DNA from: Takakia lepidozioides | Taxonomy: Eukaryota > Plantae > Bryophyta | DNA: 64,000 nucleotides | NCBI GenBank assembly: GCA_030704615.1 | Contig: CM060731.1 | Span: forward strand, 86,490,001 to 86,554,000 | Direction: 5' to 3' | Shown: in pieces, positions 51,670 to 64,000 of the stretch | Numbering within the stretch: the first letter of the stretch is position 1 | How the letters are laid out: each line of letters starts with the position of its first letter | Translations under genes and position numbers: made by a program | The notes under the pieces: generated by a model | What the model saw: the letters and a program-made list of their open reading frames with translations, nothing else | Database searches by the model: none | Told to the model about the DNA's origin: nothing

Positions 51670-52719
51670 ATTGCGCAACATTTGCTCAGAGGTCTCCTTA
51701 TGAAGTCCCATTTCTGCATAGGGGATAGTACCCTTGGGCATATCCAAATACCACCCCCCCCCCTTCCCGGTGTTCCACACCCCAATCTTCCTCTATTGCA
51801 GGTGTGTACATGGAAGCTTGTTGAGCACCAAACTTCCAGGCCATCAGAAACTTGGGCTCAGCCTTAAGTCGACCACTCGGTACAAGCACAAATCTCATGT
51901 ACCTAAAATACAAACACATTCAAAGTTATTGTGGAGACAAATATTTATGCAACATGTTCAACAATTGAACAAGCACATTAAGAAACATGTATATCCCAAT
52001 GTACTAGAAAAATACTTGAAGCATAGACATTTCTTACTTACAAGGTATATACACTGTCCATGTACAATGCAATGGAAAGATTGTACCTGAATAAAATCCG
52101 TCTCACCACCTTTTTCGCACCTGTTTGTTGTTCCCAATCATTGCCTCTGAATGGCCCCTTTGGCAATGAGAACTCTCTATGAAACAACTCATTGAAATGA
52201 GTCATCTTCCATGTATCCATGTAGTCTCCCAAACTCTCACTCTCTCCTTCCTCCAAGGCAACATGAAATTGACCAAGCTGAGTGGTGTACAAGGCAAACT
52301 AAGCCAATGCAACCTTGCGAAGCTGCCAGAAAATACAGTCAGTTAAATAACTATGTTAATGTGTCATCAACAAAATGAATCAATTGCATTCAGAAGATAG
52401 TGATTGTATATGTACCTGCCACCAAAAAGTCCTTCTATTCAACCAAGGATCAAGTGTTGGCCCACTGATAGGCCCGGGTGGAAAAAAGTTACGGTCGTGA
52501 AATGTTTGGTCTCCATTCCATATATGTAGCCATTCCACCTTTTCTTCAGGATCCACCCAGGCTGTAGCAATGTTCACCATTTTCTCTTGGGTCATTTCCT
52601 CTGATCCTGCCTTTACACGTGACCAATGCAGTTAGATGACTTTTGTTGCAATGGGGATGCAAAAGATCACGTTGCAGCATAACTTCCTGAAACATTTAAG
52701 CAGCCCTGCTGCACGGATA
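51670..52719 (-). pseudogene. Fourth copy (G4): middle-domain exons of the ParB-MTase gene family
   Basis: EMTQEK..EEKVEWLHIWN..FWWQ|, RRILFR| and YMRFVL..WYLDMP align with G1 exons 2-4 at the same intron positions. Confidence 0.8.
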
Positions 52720-53812
52720 TGTCAAGCGGCTTTTACTCACCCATCCCTTTGCTATCCGAGGTGGGAACTCCAAGATAGAAGAGTTGGATATCTCTAAGCA
52801 CTCAGCGCGCTCAGAGCAATCAGTCATGACCTACAGCTAGTGAATCATGGTTGTGTTTCCTGTTTGTATTTCTTCTTGCCTTCATGTTAGCAAATTACCT
52901 TGATGTGTATACTGAAGCATCAGATTGCTTCAGTATCTATCAGGTTCCATTCACTCATCCATTCATTCCACAACTTCACTCAAGTCTCTCTACACAATGT
53001 GTTTGTATCGAATAAGTATCATATTTAAGATTTATCAGGTATTAGGCCGAAGCCATGGTGTCTCTAATCTGCTCTACAGTATCACTACAGTTTTGCATAT
53101 AACAAGCATCTACTGATCATTCCTCCTCCTTCACCGTGCTCTCCATCCTTGCTCCCGTTCTTGCTCTCCGCCTGATCTCCTTCCGTGAATGACCAAGAAG
53201 TGCTCTCCGTGAAGTGTCCTCTATGATGCTTGCTTTGTCTTTTATCTACAAGCTGTTCTAACCGCCTAACTAACTAACTGTCACCTAAGAAGTAAACACG
53301 TTTCTTCTGCAGATGTCGTTCCCACACAGTCGTTCCCTGCCAATGATAACCATTTCTTATGTACGCTGTGACGGGCTGTGCTTAACTGTGTCGGGCTGTG
53401 ACTGTGTCGAGCTGTGACTGGCTGTGTCGGACTGTGTTGGGCTGTGACTGGCTGTGTGAAACTGTACAAAGCTGTGTCGGGTTGTGTCGTGCTGTGTCTG
53501 GCTGTGCGAAGCTGTGTCGAGCTGCGATAGACTGCGAATAACTGTGATAGGCTGTGATTGACTGTGACATACTGTGTAAGGCTGTGTCGGGCTGTGTAAG
53601 GCTGTGTATGGTTGTGATAGACTATGATAGGCTGTGTACGACTGTGTAAGACTGCGACTGAGTGTGTAAGCCTGTCTACCACCCTTAAAGCCTGTGCTTG
53701 CCACCCCTAAGGCCTCTGTTGGTCTAAGTCTACCATCCGTAAGTCTGCGCAAAAATTAAGGGTACCCCACAGAACCCATAAAAGTGTCTAAGTCCCAGAC
53801 AGCCCTCTAATA
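52720..53812 (-). repeat. 3' LTR (~1,093 bp) containing a 10-bp-period GCTGTG microarray
   Basis: Follows the PPT; 53238-53812 is repeated at 58082-58646. Confidence 0.8.
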
Positions 53813-54033
53813 TTATCCCTCCCCCTCTCAAAAGCCGTGTCCTCACAGTTTACTGTTTAGGATCAGCAAACCGTTGTGAGCGAGCATCTTTTTGTCGGAG
53901 AGTTTCTTGAAGGGCTCTGTGTGCGAGGTCGAGCCCTGTCACTGGCTGATCGAGATGAGTGATGACTAGCTGGAACTGCCAACCCTGTGTTAGCTTGAGA
54001 AAAAGGTAAATGTTGTGGTATAGGAGATCCCCG

Positions 54034-57000
54034 TCATCTTTTTTCCGCCATTGCTAATTCATACTCCTCCACCATGTCAAAATCGCCCTCCACTGAACCA
54101 GTAGTATCAGAATCATCTTCCCCCCTAAGGTGTTTCAGTGGCCGAACTTTAAGTTGCTCCTCAGGAATCCTGCGTGGCATACAGTGTTGGCCCACCATGT
54201 TGGGAAGCTTAAACTGTACTACTTGCTTTAATCGCCTACAAGCAAAATGAGTGTACTCCCTGAACTCCTTGGCCGTATAGATAAGAGGTGTTCCAATGAC
54301 TTTGGAATAGTGTAAGTATTTCCAGGCTTCATGTCCCTTATAGAAAATATCATCAGGGCCCAATTTCTCTGTGGCCTGCATGATGCTGACCCTGAGTGGG
54401 GTCTGGAGAAAGGACTGATCAAGATTTATCAGGTGGCCTGTAGGGGAAGAGCCCCCCCCCCCCCCCCCCGAGTGCTCTTATAATCCGTGCTCACAGTCAT
54501 GAAGAATTCCATCATGGCTTCCTAAGTTGTTCCAAGCCAAATTAAACCATGAACAAAGCTGGGAATCCTTCTGCATCATGACTTTTGCATCATACAGATA
54601 CAGATGGGGTGGAATTGAAGGTAAGACCCAATGATCCCCACTGGAATAACTCAGAAATTGTGATTGCATCTTCTGCTGCTCAATGTTGATAACGTGCAAT
54701 GAAACAAGCAACATAGTATAATCCACAGCCCATGACAATACTAGATACTTCCTTGGTCTTGGTGGAGACGTACCCATGAACAACCTGGAAGGCAATTAAT
54801 TCCTTCAACATGGTGCCTGCCTCAGACCAGTACCTTGCAAAATGATGATCCTCAATGGGTCGATTGTTCGGAAGAACCTTAGTCCGAGTTGCCACTGGCA
54901 ACCAAATGCGCATGATTTGATAATAATGTACCAAAGACTGTGGAGGACTGAATTCCTTCCAAGCCAAATCCATCACAATGGGAATTTGGTTGAAGGGCAT
55001 AATCATAGCCCGATTGTACTCCAGTGCAGCAGGAGTCCTAGGTGGGTTAAAAGCAGCATCCCCCCAAACCTCAGATTGTGGCTTTGCCATGGTATCAACA
55101 AGGTCATCCACCCGCACAACCACTTGCTGTGGGGGCTGTGACATTGCCATCATTGTCCCTCCTACTATCGGCAACCCCTGCACCTCCTGTGAAGAAGACT
55201 GAAAAATCAGAGTCCTGGCATGCAAATAAGTAGCCACCAGCTGCTCCTTAGGAACAAAGACTCTTTTGTCAATATTGGAACTCAGGTCATCCACTTGAGT
55301 CTGCAGCCCTTCCACATCATCCTATAACTCTGCTATCCTACTATAGACATTGTCTATAGTAGTTGTGGCAATGTTCTGCATCTGCAACCTGAGATCATTC
55401 ATCTCCCCCTGAGTGAGCTTTCGTGGTGCCTTCCCTTCCACCGACCCTTGTGTTAACCATACTTGCATAAGATGATTATCCACCAAGTCTTGTGTAGCAC
55501 CCCTAAGAGCCTGCTCCTCCTTGAGTTTGTACACATCTAACTGCTGCTGTAAAGCCTCCATGCGCTTTGCATGAGGTTCAACCAAGGCCGCATAGGCAGC
55601 AGCCAGATTATTGGCTTCCTTCCAAGTCTTGTTAGCCACAGAGAGTTCATTCTTTTGGCCCATGAGTGTTTGCTGCAACTTCAGGATGTACCTTTCCTTC
55701 TCAGCCTCAACCTGACTGTTTTGTTGGAAAGTAACCTCATTGCGACAGAACCACCTGATCCTCCACAGGTGCTGCAGTGCCCTGACAGTCTACTCCTGGA
55801 ACCTCTGCCACAGGTTCGGGTATCACATGCACAGCAGGGACTTGCTTGGACAAACTTTGCATCTTGGGTACCACTGGTTCCCTGACCAAGCCAGAGTTTT
55901 CATAGAGAAGGTCACCCTTCTCAATTTCTGCCACTACCTGCTCTGTAGTGGGAATGTCCAACCCTTCTCCTTCCACAGCAATAGGCTCTAGTGTAACAAC
56001 ATGGACTAACTGAGTGACCCCTGGAACAATTGAGTCATCTAACTGTGGTGGTTGTGGTATCGAGGTGACTTCTTCCTCCCTCTCCAAAGGCGGTGCTTCC
56101 AGCAATAACAGCCCCCTGTGCTGCTGCTCCTCATCCTGCACAATCGCTATGGAAACATCATCTTGTGGTTTCCTTGAAGCTAGTGGATCTGCCACAGTCG
56201 TATCCCGCTTTTGCCTCTTGGACTGGTGCTGCCCCTCCATCCACCTTCACCATGTGAAGAGCCCTGCTCCTCAATTGCAGTGGTTGCTGTCTCAAACACT
56301 CCCACCTCTTTGCGTTCTCGCGCATCAAGTATGCAAGAATCAAGGATAATTTGCGCAATTATTGGGCTAGACATTATGATCGGAGACTTAGCAACAGTGC
56401 CCTATAACCGCTTCATCTCTTCCACCAGACCATTGTACATCAACTCTGCCCAAGCTACATCCTCTCCCCTCAAAGCTTTCAGTATCTCCTCCGTGAATGA
56501 TCTGCTCAAGTACTATTGGTTCTGTTTCATGGCAAACAGAACGTTCAGTATTTGGCCAACTTCTCTTAGCCCTAGGTACTCGGCCTTGGTGTAGGTGTAT
56601 CCTTGAGTCTTAAAGAAACTCCCTTCTTGGAACAAATTCCCTATCTGCAATCTTTCCCTGTGCTCATCCACATCCACATGACCCGATGGCAAATCAAACA
56701 ATTGCTGCAAGTACTGGGAGTAATTTCTATATCTACTCCCCTCACCTGGGTAACTCCTGTCCGAGGCTCAAAGTTCTGAATAAATTGAATCATATACTTC
56801 CGATGATGCAAGGACCAGTCTTTGCGTAGCAGCCCTTCCAATCGCAATTCCTTCAGCAGCTGCACTGCCTGTGATGTAGCAATTGTTTGCTTCTGCCAAA
56901 TCGTGGTGCTCTTCACCCTGATATCCTCCATTCCCCTAACTCTCTTTACCCCAGACAAACAAGAAGGCCTTGTTTGAAACAGCTGTAGGAAAGCTTGTAG

Positions 57001-57827
57001 GGCATAGAGCATAAAGGTATGGTTGGCACAGAAAGGAACGGGTAAGTGCGTGTAAGCCTGTGGGGCTTGCAGATAGTGGGTGTCCACCCGTCCGTCCTCT
57101 TGTCGAGACGCTGGCTATTCGGAGCAATCCCGACTCTTCCGCTCATAACTCTTCTTATTTCCTGTTCTTGTTTCTTGGAGGGAACCACCTGCATGAAATT
57201 CTCGCTCTTGATTGGCTGTTGCCTCCTTGGGTAACTTCTTAATTTTACCCCCCTCAGTGGACATTCCCACCTGGAATGTCCACTAGGACAGCACATGTGG
57301 CAAAGGTCCCCCTTTGCTGTACACGTAAAGGGTTCCGTTACCTTTGCCCTGGATGCATTAAAGGGCCCACAATTAGTTTTGGCTGATGTACCGGGTAGGT
57401 ACTTTGACGGCCCATTTTGTTCTCTTGCATGATGACACCCACTTTTGCAATATATGCACCGCGGTGTGCTTCGCCCTCGTGGCCACGTGTTCGATTTTAA
57501 ACATGCTCCCGTCTTCCCCTGTCCGCGTGGTACATTCTCCGAGTTTGACTTCCAAACTGTCTTTTCACTTGCCGGCCACTTTTCTGACGTTAACCCGCGT
57601 CCACCTATCACTGACCCTATGGACTGTGCAACCCGCGTAGGCTGTGTTGGGCTGTGACAGGCTGTGTGATGCTGTGATGGGCTGTGATGACTGTGTGAAC
57701 ACCCGTGTTCTTCGCTCAGGCCATACACATTCGGCTTCACGACAAGTACTTCATGCTCCGTTGGTGTTACTGGTGTAGGCTGTGATGACATCTGTGTCCC
57801 AAGATGCAAATCATGCTGCAATACCAC
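54034..57827 (-). pseudogene. Extra sense ORF region between integrase and 3' LTR (zinc knuckle, Athila/Tat-type accessory-like domain, coiled coil)
   Basis: CHMCCPSGHSRWEC; QFIQNF..TQVRGVDIEITPS..LFDLP; long Q/E/L-rich helical ORFs broken by stops. Confidence 0.6.
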
Positions 57828-58081
57828 TGTATCCCTTCAACTTATTGGCATTAACTCTTCCAAGCATCTCTTTGTTAATGGTTTGTAACATAGCTGTGTT
57901 ATTATCATACATCTTCTGTATGACATAAGGTCCTTTCCATGGTGACTTAAGCTTAGAAGCTTTGATCTTTCCCTTCTTCTGCAACCACAGTACCAAATCG
58001 TCCATCTTAAAAGTTTTCAATTTACCTTCATAAAATTGATCCTTCCTCTTCATCTGAATTCTGGTCATGTTATCTGCTGCA

Positions 58082-58646
58082 TCTTTTATCTACAAGCTGT
58101 TCTAACCGCCTAACTAACTAACTGTCACCTAAGAAGTAAACACGTTTCTTCTGCAGATGTCGTTCCCACACAGTCGTTCCCTGCCAATGATAACCGTTTC
58201 CTATGTACGTTGTGACGGGCTGTGCCTAACTGTGTCGGGCTGTGACTGTGCCGAGCTCTAACTGGCTGTGTCGGACTGTGTCGGGCTATGACTGGCTGTG
58301 TGAAACTGTACGAAGCTGTGTCGGGCTGTGTCGTGCTATGTCTGGCTGTGCGAAGCTGTGTCGAGCTGCGATAGACTGCGAATAACTGTGATAGACTGTG
58401 ACAGACTGTGTAAGGCTGTGTCGGGTTGTGTAAGGCTGTGTATGGCTGTGATAGACTATGATAGGCTGTGTAGGACTATGTAAGACTGTGACTGAGTGTG
58501 CAAGCCTGTCTACCACCCCTAAAGCCTGTGCCTGCCACCCCTAAGGCCTCTGTTGGTCTAAGTCTACCATCCGTAAGTCTGCGCAAAAATTAAGGGTACC
58601 CCACAGAACCCATAAAAGTGTCTAAGTCCCAGACAGCCCTCTAACA
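58082..58646 (-). repeat. Truncated 5' LTR
   Basis: Begins TGTTAGAGGG on the minus strand; direct repeat of part of the 3' LTR. Confidence 0.85.
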
Positions 58647-58692
58647 GGATATGCGCCGGCGGATACACCAGCCCAACCCGCTCGGAGCATCA

Positions 58693-61600
58693 GCCTCTGC
58701 CTGCCCATTACCCTGTGGGTAATAGGTTGTACTCTTCCTGTGCACAATCATGAACTCTTTAGTCAATAGTTCTATGGTCTCATTAATGAAGTGACTTCCC
58801 TGGTCACTGATAAATTCCAGGGGACAACCAAATCTTGTGAGTATGTTCTCATACAAGAACCTTGCTGTGGACTTAGCTGTGTTATCCCTCAGATTTAGCT
58901 TCCACCCACTTTGTAGTATAGTCAGTGGTTGTGATTATATACTTGCTGTGTATTTCTGGCTGGTGGGTTTTTTATTGGTCCAACAAAGTCTAGTCCCAAT
59001 TCTGAAATGGTTCAGTAGGCATCGTCGGATGCAAAGCCATCTTCCCATATCTTTGCAAAGGTCCTAGCCTCTGACACTCATCACAACTCTTGCAATACTT
59101 GTGTACATTCTTGAACAGAGTAGGCCACCAGTAACCTGCAAGTAATATCTACTGGTAGTCTCCTCTCCAAAATGACCTCCAACCACTCCTTTATGAACTT
59201 CTTCCAAAACTTTATTTACCTCATGGTGGTACAAGCATCGTTTAAGAACTCCATCAGGTCCTAGCTTATACAATCTGCCACCTATCATAGTGTAAGGTAA
59301 AGCCTTGTTAGTTATTCTCTTCCTCTGTTTCTTCCCATAACTGGGTGGGCACTGACCATGAATAAGGTAATATCTAATTGGCCACTGCCAATCTAACCAA
59401 TCATCTGCACTTCCTTGCACCTCCACTGCAAATAGACTCGCATCAGGTAGTTGGTCGTCTACTTCAGTGGCGGGCTCTCCTGTTGATAGGCGTGACAAGT
59501 GATCTGCCACAAGATGCAAACGGCCAGGCTTGTAAACAACTTCGAATTCAAACTCGTGCAAGATTATTAACCATCTTGCTATCCTGCCACTTATCAAAGG
59601 CTTGTTCACCAGATAAATCAAAGCCTGATGATCCACATAAAACATAAACTTCCTTCCCAATAGGTAATGCTTGAATTTCTTGACTGCATAAATCATTGCC
59701 AATGCTTCTCTTTCAGTGGTGCTATAGTTCCTTTCAGCACTGTTCAATAACCTGCTAGCATAGTACATAGGTGAATCTATATTTCCTGTGATAATTTGGG
59801 CTAACACAGCTCCCAATGCTTCTCCTGAGGCATCACAGTGTACATGAAATACTACATGCCAGTGAGGGTTAATCAGCACAGGTGTAGTTGTTACTGACAA
59901 TGTAAGTTCCTCAAAAGCCTGTTGACATTCAGCTGTCCATGTAAACACTGCATCCTTCTTCAGAAGCTTGCTCAAAGGTGCTGCCATCTGTGCATACCGT
60001 CTGACAAATCTTCTGTAATAACTGGTTTGTCCAAGGAATCTCCTTAGACTTTTAGCATTTCCTGGTGGTGGAGATGCTTTAATGGCCTCTGTCTTTCTGG
60101 GATCCACAAGCAGTCCCCTCTTACACACAATGTGTCCCAGAAGTACCCTTGAATTCACACAGAAAGTACACTTTTCTGGATTCAGACCAAGACCTCTCAT
60201 CTTGCATCTGACCAAGCATAATTCCAACTTCTGCAAGTGCTCATTCTTAATGCTATACACACTGAAGTCATCTAAGAACACTTGCATGAAATCATCCAGA
60301 TACTCCTGGAATGATTCACTTATCACTCTCTGAAAAGTTGCTGGTACATTACAAAGTCCAAAAGGCATGACTTTGTATGCATAAGCACTCTGTGATGAAA
60401 GCTGTATTTCCCTGGTCTTCTTCTGCCACTTGCACTTGGTTATACCCACTGAAGCCCTCCATGAATGAGTACATCTCATGGCCTGCCACAGTGTCCAGTA
60501 CCGCTTCTGTGAATGGCAACGGAAATGGATCTTTCTTTGTACAAACATTCAACTTTTTATAGTTTACACAAACTCTCAGTTTGCCATTCTTCTTGGGGAC
60601 TATCACAATGGGTGACAACCAAGTTGTATACTCTATTGGGTATATGAACTTAGCCTCAGCCAACTTCTTGATCTCTTCCCCAACCTTCTGTGCATGGTTG
60701 GTCATCATAGCTCCATGCAAATACATCTTTGTATTTGATAAACAGGCTCTTAGCCTCCTCAAAGAATTCTAGCTCCAAGTCAGCCCCAACTTTCACCATT
60801 TTGGGTTCCTCCTCAGTTCCCACATTCACGTCTCTCACCTGCTCTTTAGCTGTGATTGTCCATCCAGCCACTACTTCATCCTGTAAACTCACAGTGGTTG
60901 GTTCTTCTAGGATTTCCATTTCTCCCTCTCTCTCTTCATAGAAATGTGGTGGGTAACTACTTGTTTCACCCTCAATTGATGTTGCTGTTACTGCGACACA
61001 ACAAATATCTTTAAAACAACTCAGACCTCCCAGTTGCATTTCTGCAACCTGCTCCCACTCTGGGTGTGCAGCAAACAAGGTAGCTTCCTGCTCCTCATCG
61101 AGTCCTCCCCTCCAGTCATACTCTCTGACTCCACGAGGTCTTCTAGTAGCAGGTAGCCTACTAGATTTCTTAGTGGTGACCTGTATCTTGTGCTTCCCAT
61201 CATGCACAGTCAATAACTGGGAATTCCAGTCATGGAATACCCTGGCCTATTTCAGCCATGGTCGACCGAGCAATAAGGAGTAAGCTTCCATGACATCATC
61301 CATTTTCAACACAGTCACTATGATCTTAAGAATCATCTCTTGGATCTGTATCTTAACTCCTCTTATCAAGCCTAAAGGTTGTACACTCCTTTGATCTGCC
61401 ATTGTTACTGTAAATGGGGCTGGTTTCATGTTACTCAGACCAAGCTTCTACCTTAATTGGTTTGTCATAATATTCACTCCCGAACCTCCATCTATCAGTA
61501 CATTAGTCAAGTCTGTGCTTCCAATTTTCAATTGGATTACTGGCATAGAATCATCAAAGTCCATGACTGTTTCTCGCCCTTCAGGCCTCACATTATAACT

Positions 61601-61855
61601 TGTCACCTTGCTGTTCAGGTCTGTGTTCTCTGTCACATGAGCAATATGATTAATTGCTTGATACAGCCTGTGCCTACAATGAGGTGCCACAACCAATAGC
61701 TGTCCAATGGTAATCTCAGCTTTGGTCTGGCATATTACTTCAGTCAGAGTCCCTTCATTACTTTGCACTTGTGCAGCTTCTTTCTTCACTTCATCTTCAC
61801 CCTCTCTATCTTCTCTATCAGAGTTAGAAGAATCTTGTGCGTAGATCCCCCTCAC
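58693..61855 (-). mobile_element. Ty3/Gypsy pol fragment (protease, RT, RNase H, integrase N-half), no LTRs
   Basis: LIDGGSGVN, MPFGLCN, FLDD, CDAS, EREALA, DHQAL, ADHLSR, GGHF, SDQGSHF and GNGQAE, in Gypsy domain order. Confidence 0.95.
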
Positions 61856-63025
61856 TCATGCGACGCACAAGATCACACCACTCCCGAGACCAGCAACAGA
61901 CATCTTGAAAACATGGGGGAGATGAGAAGTCTGCTGGCCTGGAAGGAGATTGCTGTGAATGAAATGGTATGTACTTAGACGCTTCAACTCCAATATGGAC
62001 ATGATGGAATTGACACGTGCAGATGCGACCTTGTTTTTCACATTGGGGCTACAAACATGGGCAAACTCTTCAGGAATATCTTCCAAAGTCTCTCCCTCAA
62101 GACGTACTGTCTCTGTGCTATCAGCCACAAAAACTCGATCAATCAAGAGCTCCAACACAAATAACCTTAACATGATCTGGAACACCGGACATATTGTAGG
62201 TATTGGTCTTGCACCAAGGATGACCATCAAACTTGCGGTTCCATGCCTTGGAGGGACTGTGAACCACGGTCCGTACGTAGTTTGACCACGGGGGGGAGTT
62301 CGTGGATCACTTTTCCATCAAAAGCTCAAGGAATACACCGAACACGATGCACTGGAATGTGACTATAGTCCAAGGTAGAAAACTCTCATTTTGATCCATT
62401 TCTCCGAGCAGTGGCCAAGATACTCAAAATGGACAACACACCAGAAAGAAATACAGATGTAGCCTCCCCTGCTAGTCGTGGAGATGAAGATAAACCCTTC
62501 GCATATTCGCAACAATCAGACGTGGCGTTGTCCAATGGAGTTTTCCGAGGCTTCATGTCGTGAAGCAAGACCGTATGAGTAGATGAGGAAGGTTGAGATC
62601 CACAAAATACACTTTAGAAACCTCAACACAATCCAAATTATGAGACCCCAAGCTCGCCGAATCTGCAACCTCCTCCTTCAATTTACAACTCCCATTTGTT
62701 GCAGCTTGTTCATTCTTCCTTGCAATAAAAGGGTGTCTTTCATCATGTGACTGTGTATAGCTCGTACCTGTGACACGGTACTTGGAGAAGGAAGGTGTCT
62801 GGAAACAACTCCATTGCTTTTGGCCATCATTAAAAACTGGAAGCAACACTGTGGAGGCATCATCATCTCCATCATCCTCCAAAAAAAATGAACCCGGAAC
62901 AAGTTTGAATCTATTGCATAACCAAGGTTCTGGGATGGGATAATGCACTTGTTTCCATTGCAAGGATAACGAACCACTTTTGCATCAGGTGGACATGAAA
63001 GCAATGCATATTTTGGTGGAGACAT
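61856..63025 (-). pseudogene. Distant third-family GCM-MULE transposase, 5' part (element F)
   Basis: SCPP..YPCNG, LCNRFKLVPGSFFLE, FDGKVIHELPP, KFDGHPWCKT and HVCSPNVKN..PGQ..VFKMS..G.GSGV align with the A and B transposases. Confidence 0.82.
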
Positions 63026-63817
63026 TTGGCAATGTCCTCAAAGTTTGAGATGAGATGCAAACTGAACGAAAGCGCACATCTTGCAAGACCTTACGCAAAT
63101 ACATTAAATGGCTTACATTACTTATGTGTATCATCAATCCAGAAGGTCCAGATTTTTTGAGACATGTGCTCCATCCATATTACTCTTTGACAGAAACAAC
63201 TAAATGGACTATCCCCTATTTTAAGACGACGGCGCCGTGTTGAGATCTTAGAATCCAATGTACTGCTTCTTCTTATGAGCATATGAAACATAAATGCTCT
63301 GCATGTTTCCATTTATTATACAGCCAATCGTTGATTAATCGTCCAACTATGAACTGACACACTAGACGGCACAATTTATTTACAATCAAATCCCATGACA
63401 TGTATGTTGATTTGTTCTTTGATAACTCATATATGAGTAATGAGTACAAGTATTTGTGGCGACAATTGACTCTAAAACCAAATAATAAATAAGTGATTTA
63501 AGACACCCATAACAAAATGTTCAGTTACTTTATCACTTACTTTATATTGTATTATGAAGGCGCCGCCACAAAGTAACATGTCAATCGTACAACCATCTTC
63601 TGAGGATCCACGTGTAAACCCATGTAGTCCCATAGTGTAATTGACAAAAATGTCTTGTTTTAAAACGTGTTTGAAAAAAACCTAGACAAATTGGATTAAA
63701 ATTTTCAGGCTTGAGTCAAAAAGCAAAAAGCACTAACGCCAGAGTGTATTAAAAAGGTTCACATTTCAGATTTGGCCAATTTGGCCTTTTTAAGGCCTTA
63801 GCCCCCCCTGCTCTCTT

Positions 63818-63888
63818 TGGCGGGCACAGGTTTGAACCCGCAACCTAGTGGAAAATACACCACAACCTTACCACCAAGCCATGCTATA
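63818..63888 (-). other. Degenerate tRNA-like sequence with Pol III A/B boxes; similar remnants at ~49612-49680 and ~49765-49822
   Basis: TGGCTTGGTGG and GGTTCAAACC at tRNA-like spacing, ending CCA; the acceptor stem does not pair. Confidence 0.4.
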
Positions 63889-64000
63889 TTCAATGAAATA
63901 ACCTCTATTTTTTTGTTAATAAAGTGTTTCAATTCAGCTAAACTGTTTGCCATTACTACATGACTAACCCGGTATCATTACTACACTAACGTAGTCTAGT

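Larger units (their letters stand above)
52720..58646 (-). mobile_element. Internally deleted Ty3/Gypsy LTR retrotransposon with 5-bp TSD GGATA
   Basis: GGATA at 52715-52719 and 58647-58651; TG...CA ends; PPT at 53813-53829; integrase C-terminus at 57811-58082. Confidence 0.85.

Noticed and set aside
53281-53752. His/Ser/Thr-rich ORFs (also 58286-58516 and 9049-9279)
   Set aside because: Translations of the 10-bp-period repeat of the Gypsy element.

Overview
Eukaryotic, land-plant nuclear DNA: GT-AG introns, PLS-type PPR fragments and an intron-containing mitochondrial-type EF-Tu fragment. It is almost entirely nested, decayed transposons. The dominant component is a group of large Mutator-like (MULE) DNA transposons, labelled A-F here. 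Their ~1,170-aa transposase has a GCM-type zinc domain, a DDE core and a SWIM finger. Their ends are short and asymmetric (CGGGGGCTGCTATTTCATGAGC and CGAGGTT..CTATTTCATGAGC). One copy (B, 17674-27007) has both ends and a 7-bp target duplication. Associated with these elements are: (i) a multi-exon gene joining a ParB/Srx-like domain, a conserved unknown middle domain and a bacterial-type beta-class amino (N6A/N4C) DNA-methyltransferase fold, in four diverged copies; (ii) a conserved ~180-aa orphan gene in four copies; (iii) family-specific arrays of 22-bp palindromes. This package is the best candidate for an undescribed system, possibly transposon-encoded epigenetic marking or anti-silencing; that function is inference. 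The window also holds Ty3/Gypsy LTR retrotransposon pieces (one with LTRs, PPT, GGATA TSD and an extra 3' ORF), a dead hAT transposase next to its own palindrome arrays and unknown ORFs, a LINE fragment and serial foldback repeats. All calls come from reading motifs by eye; no searches were run.
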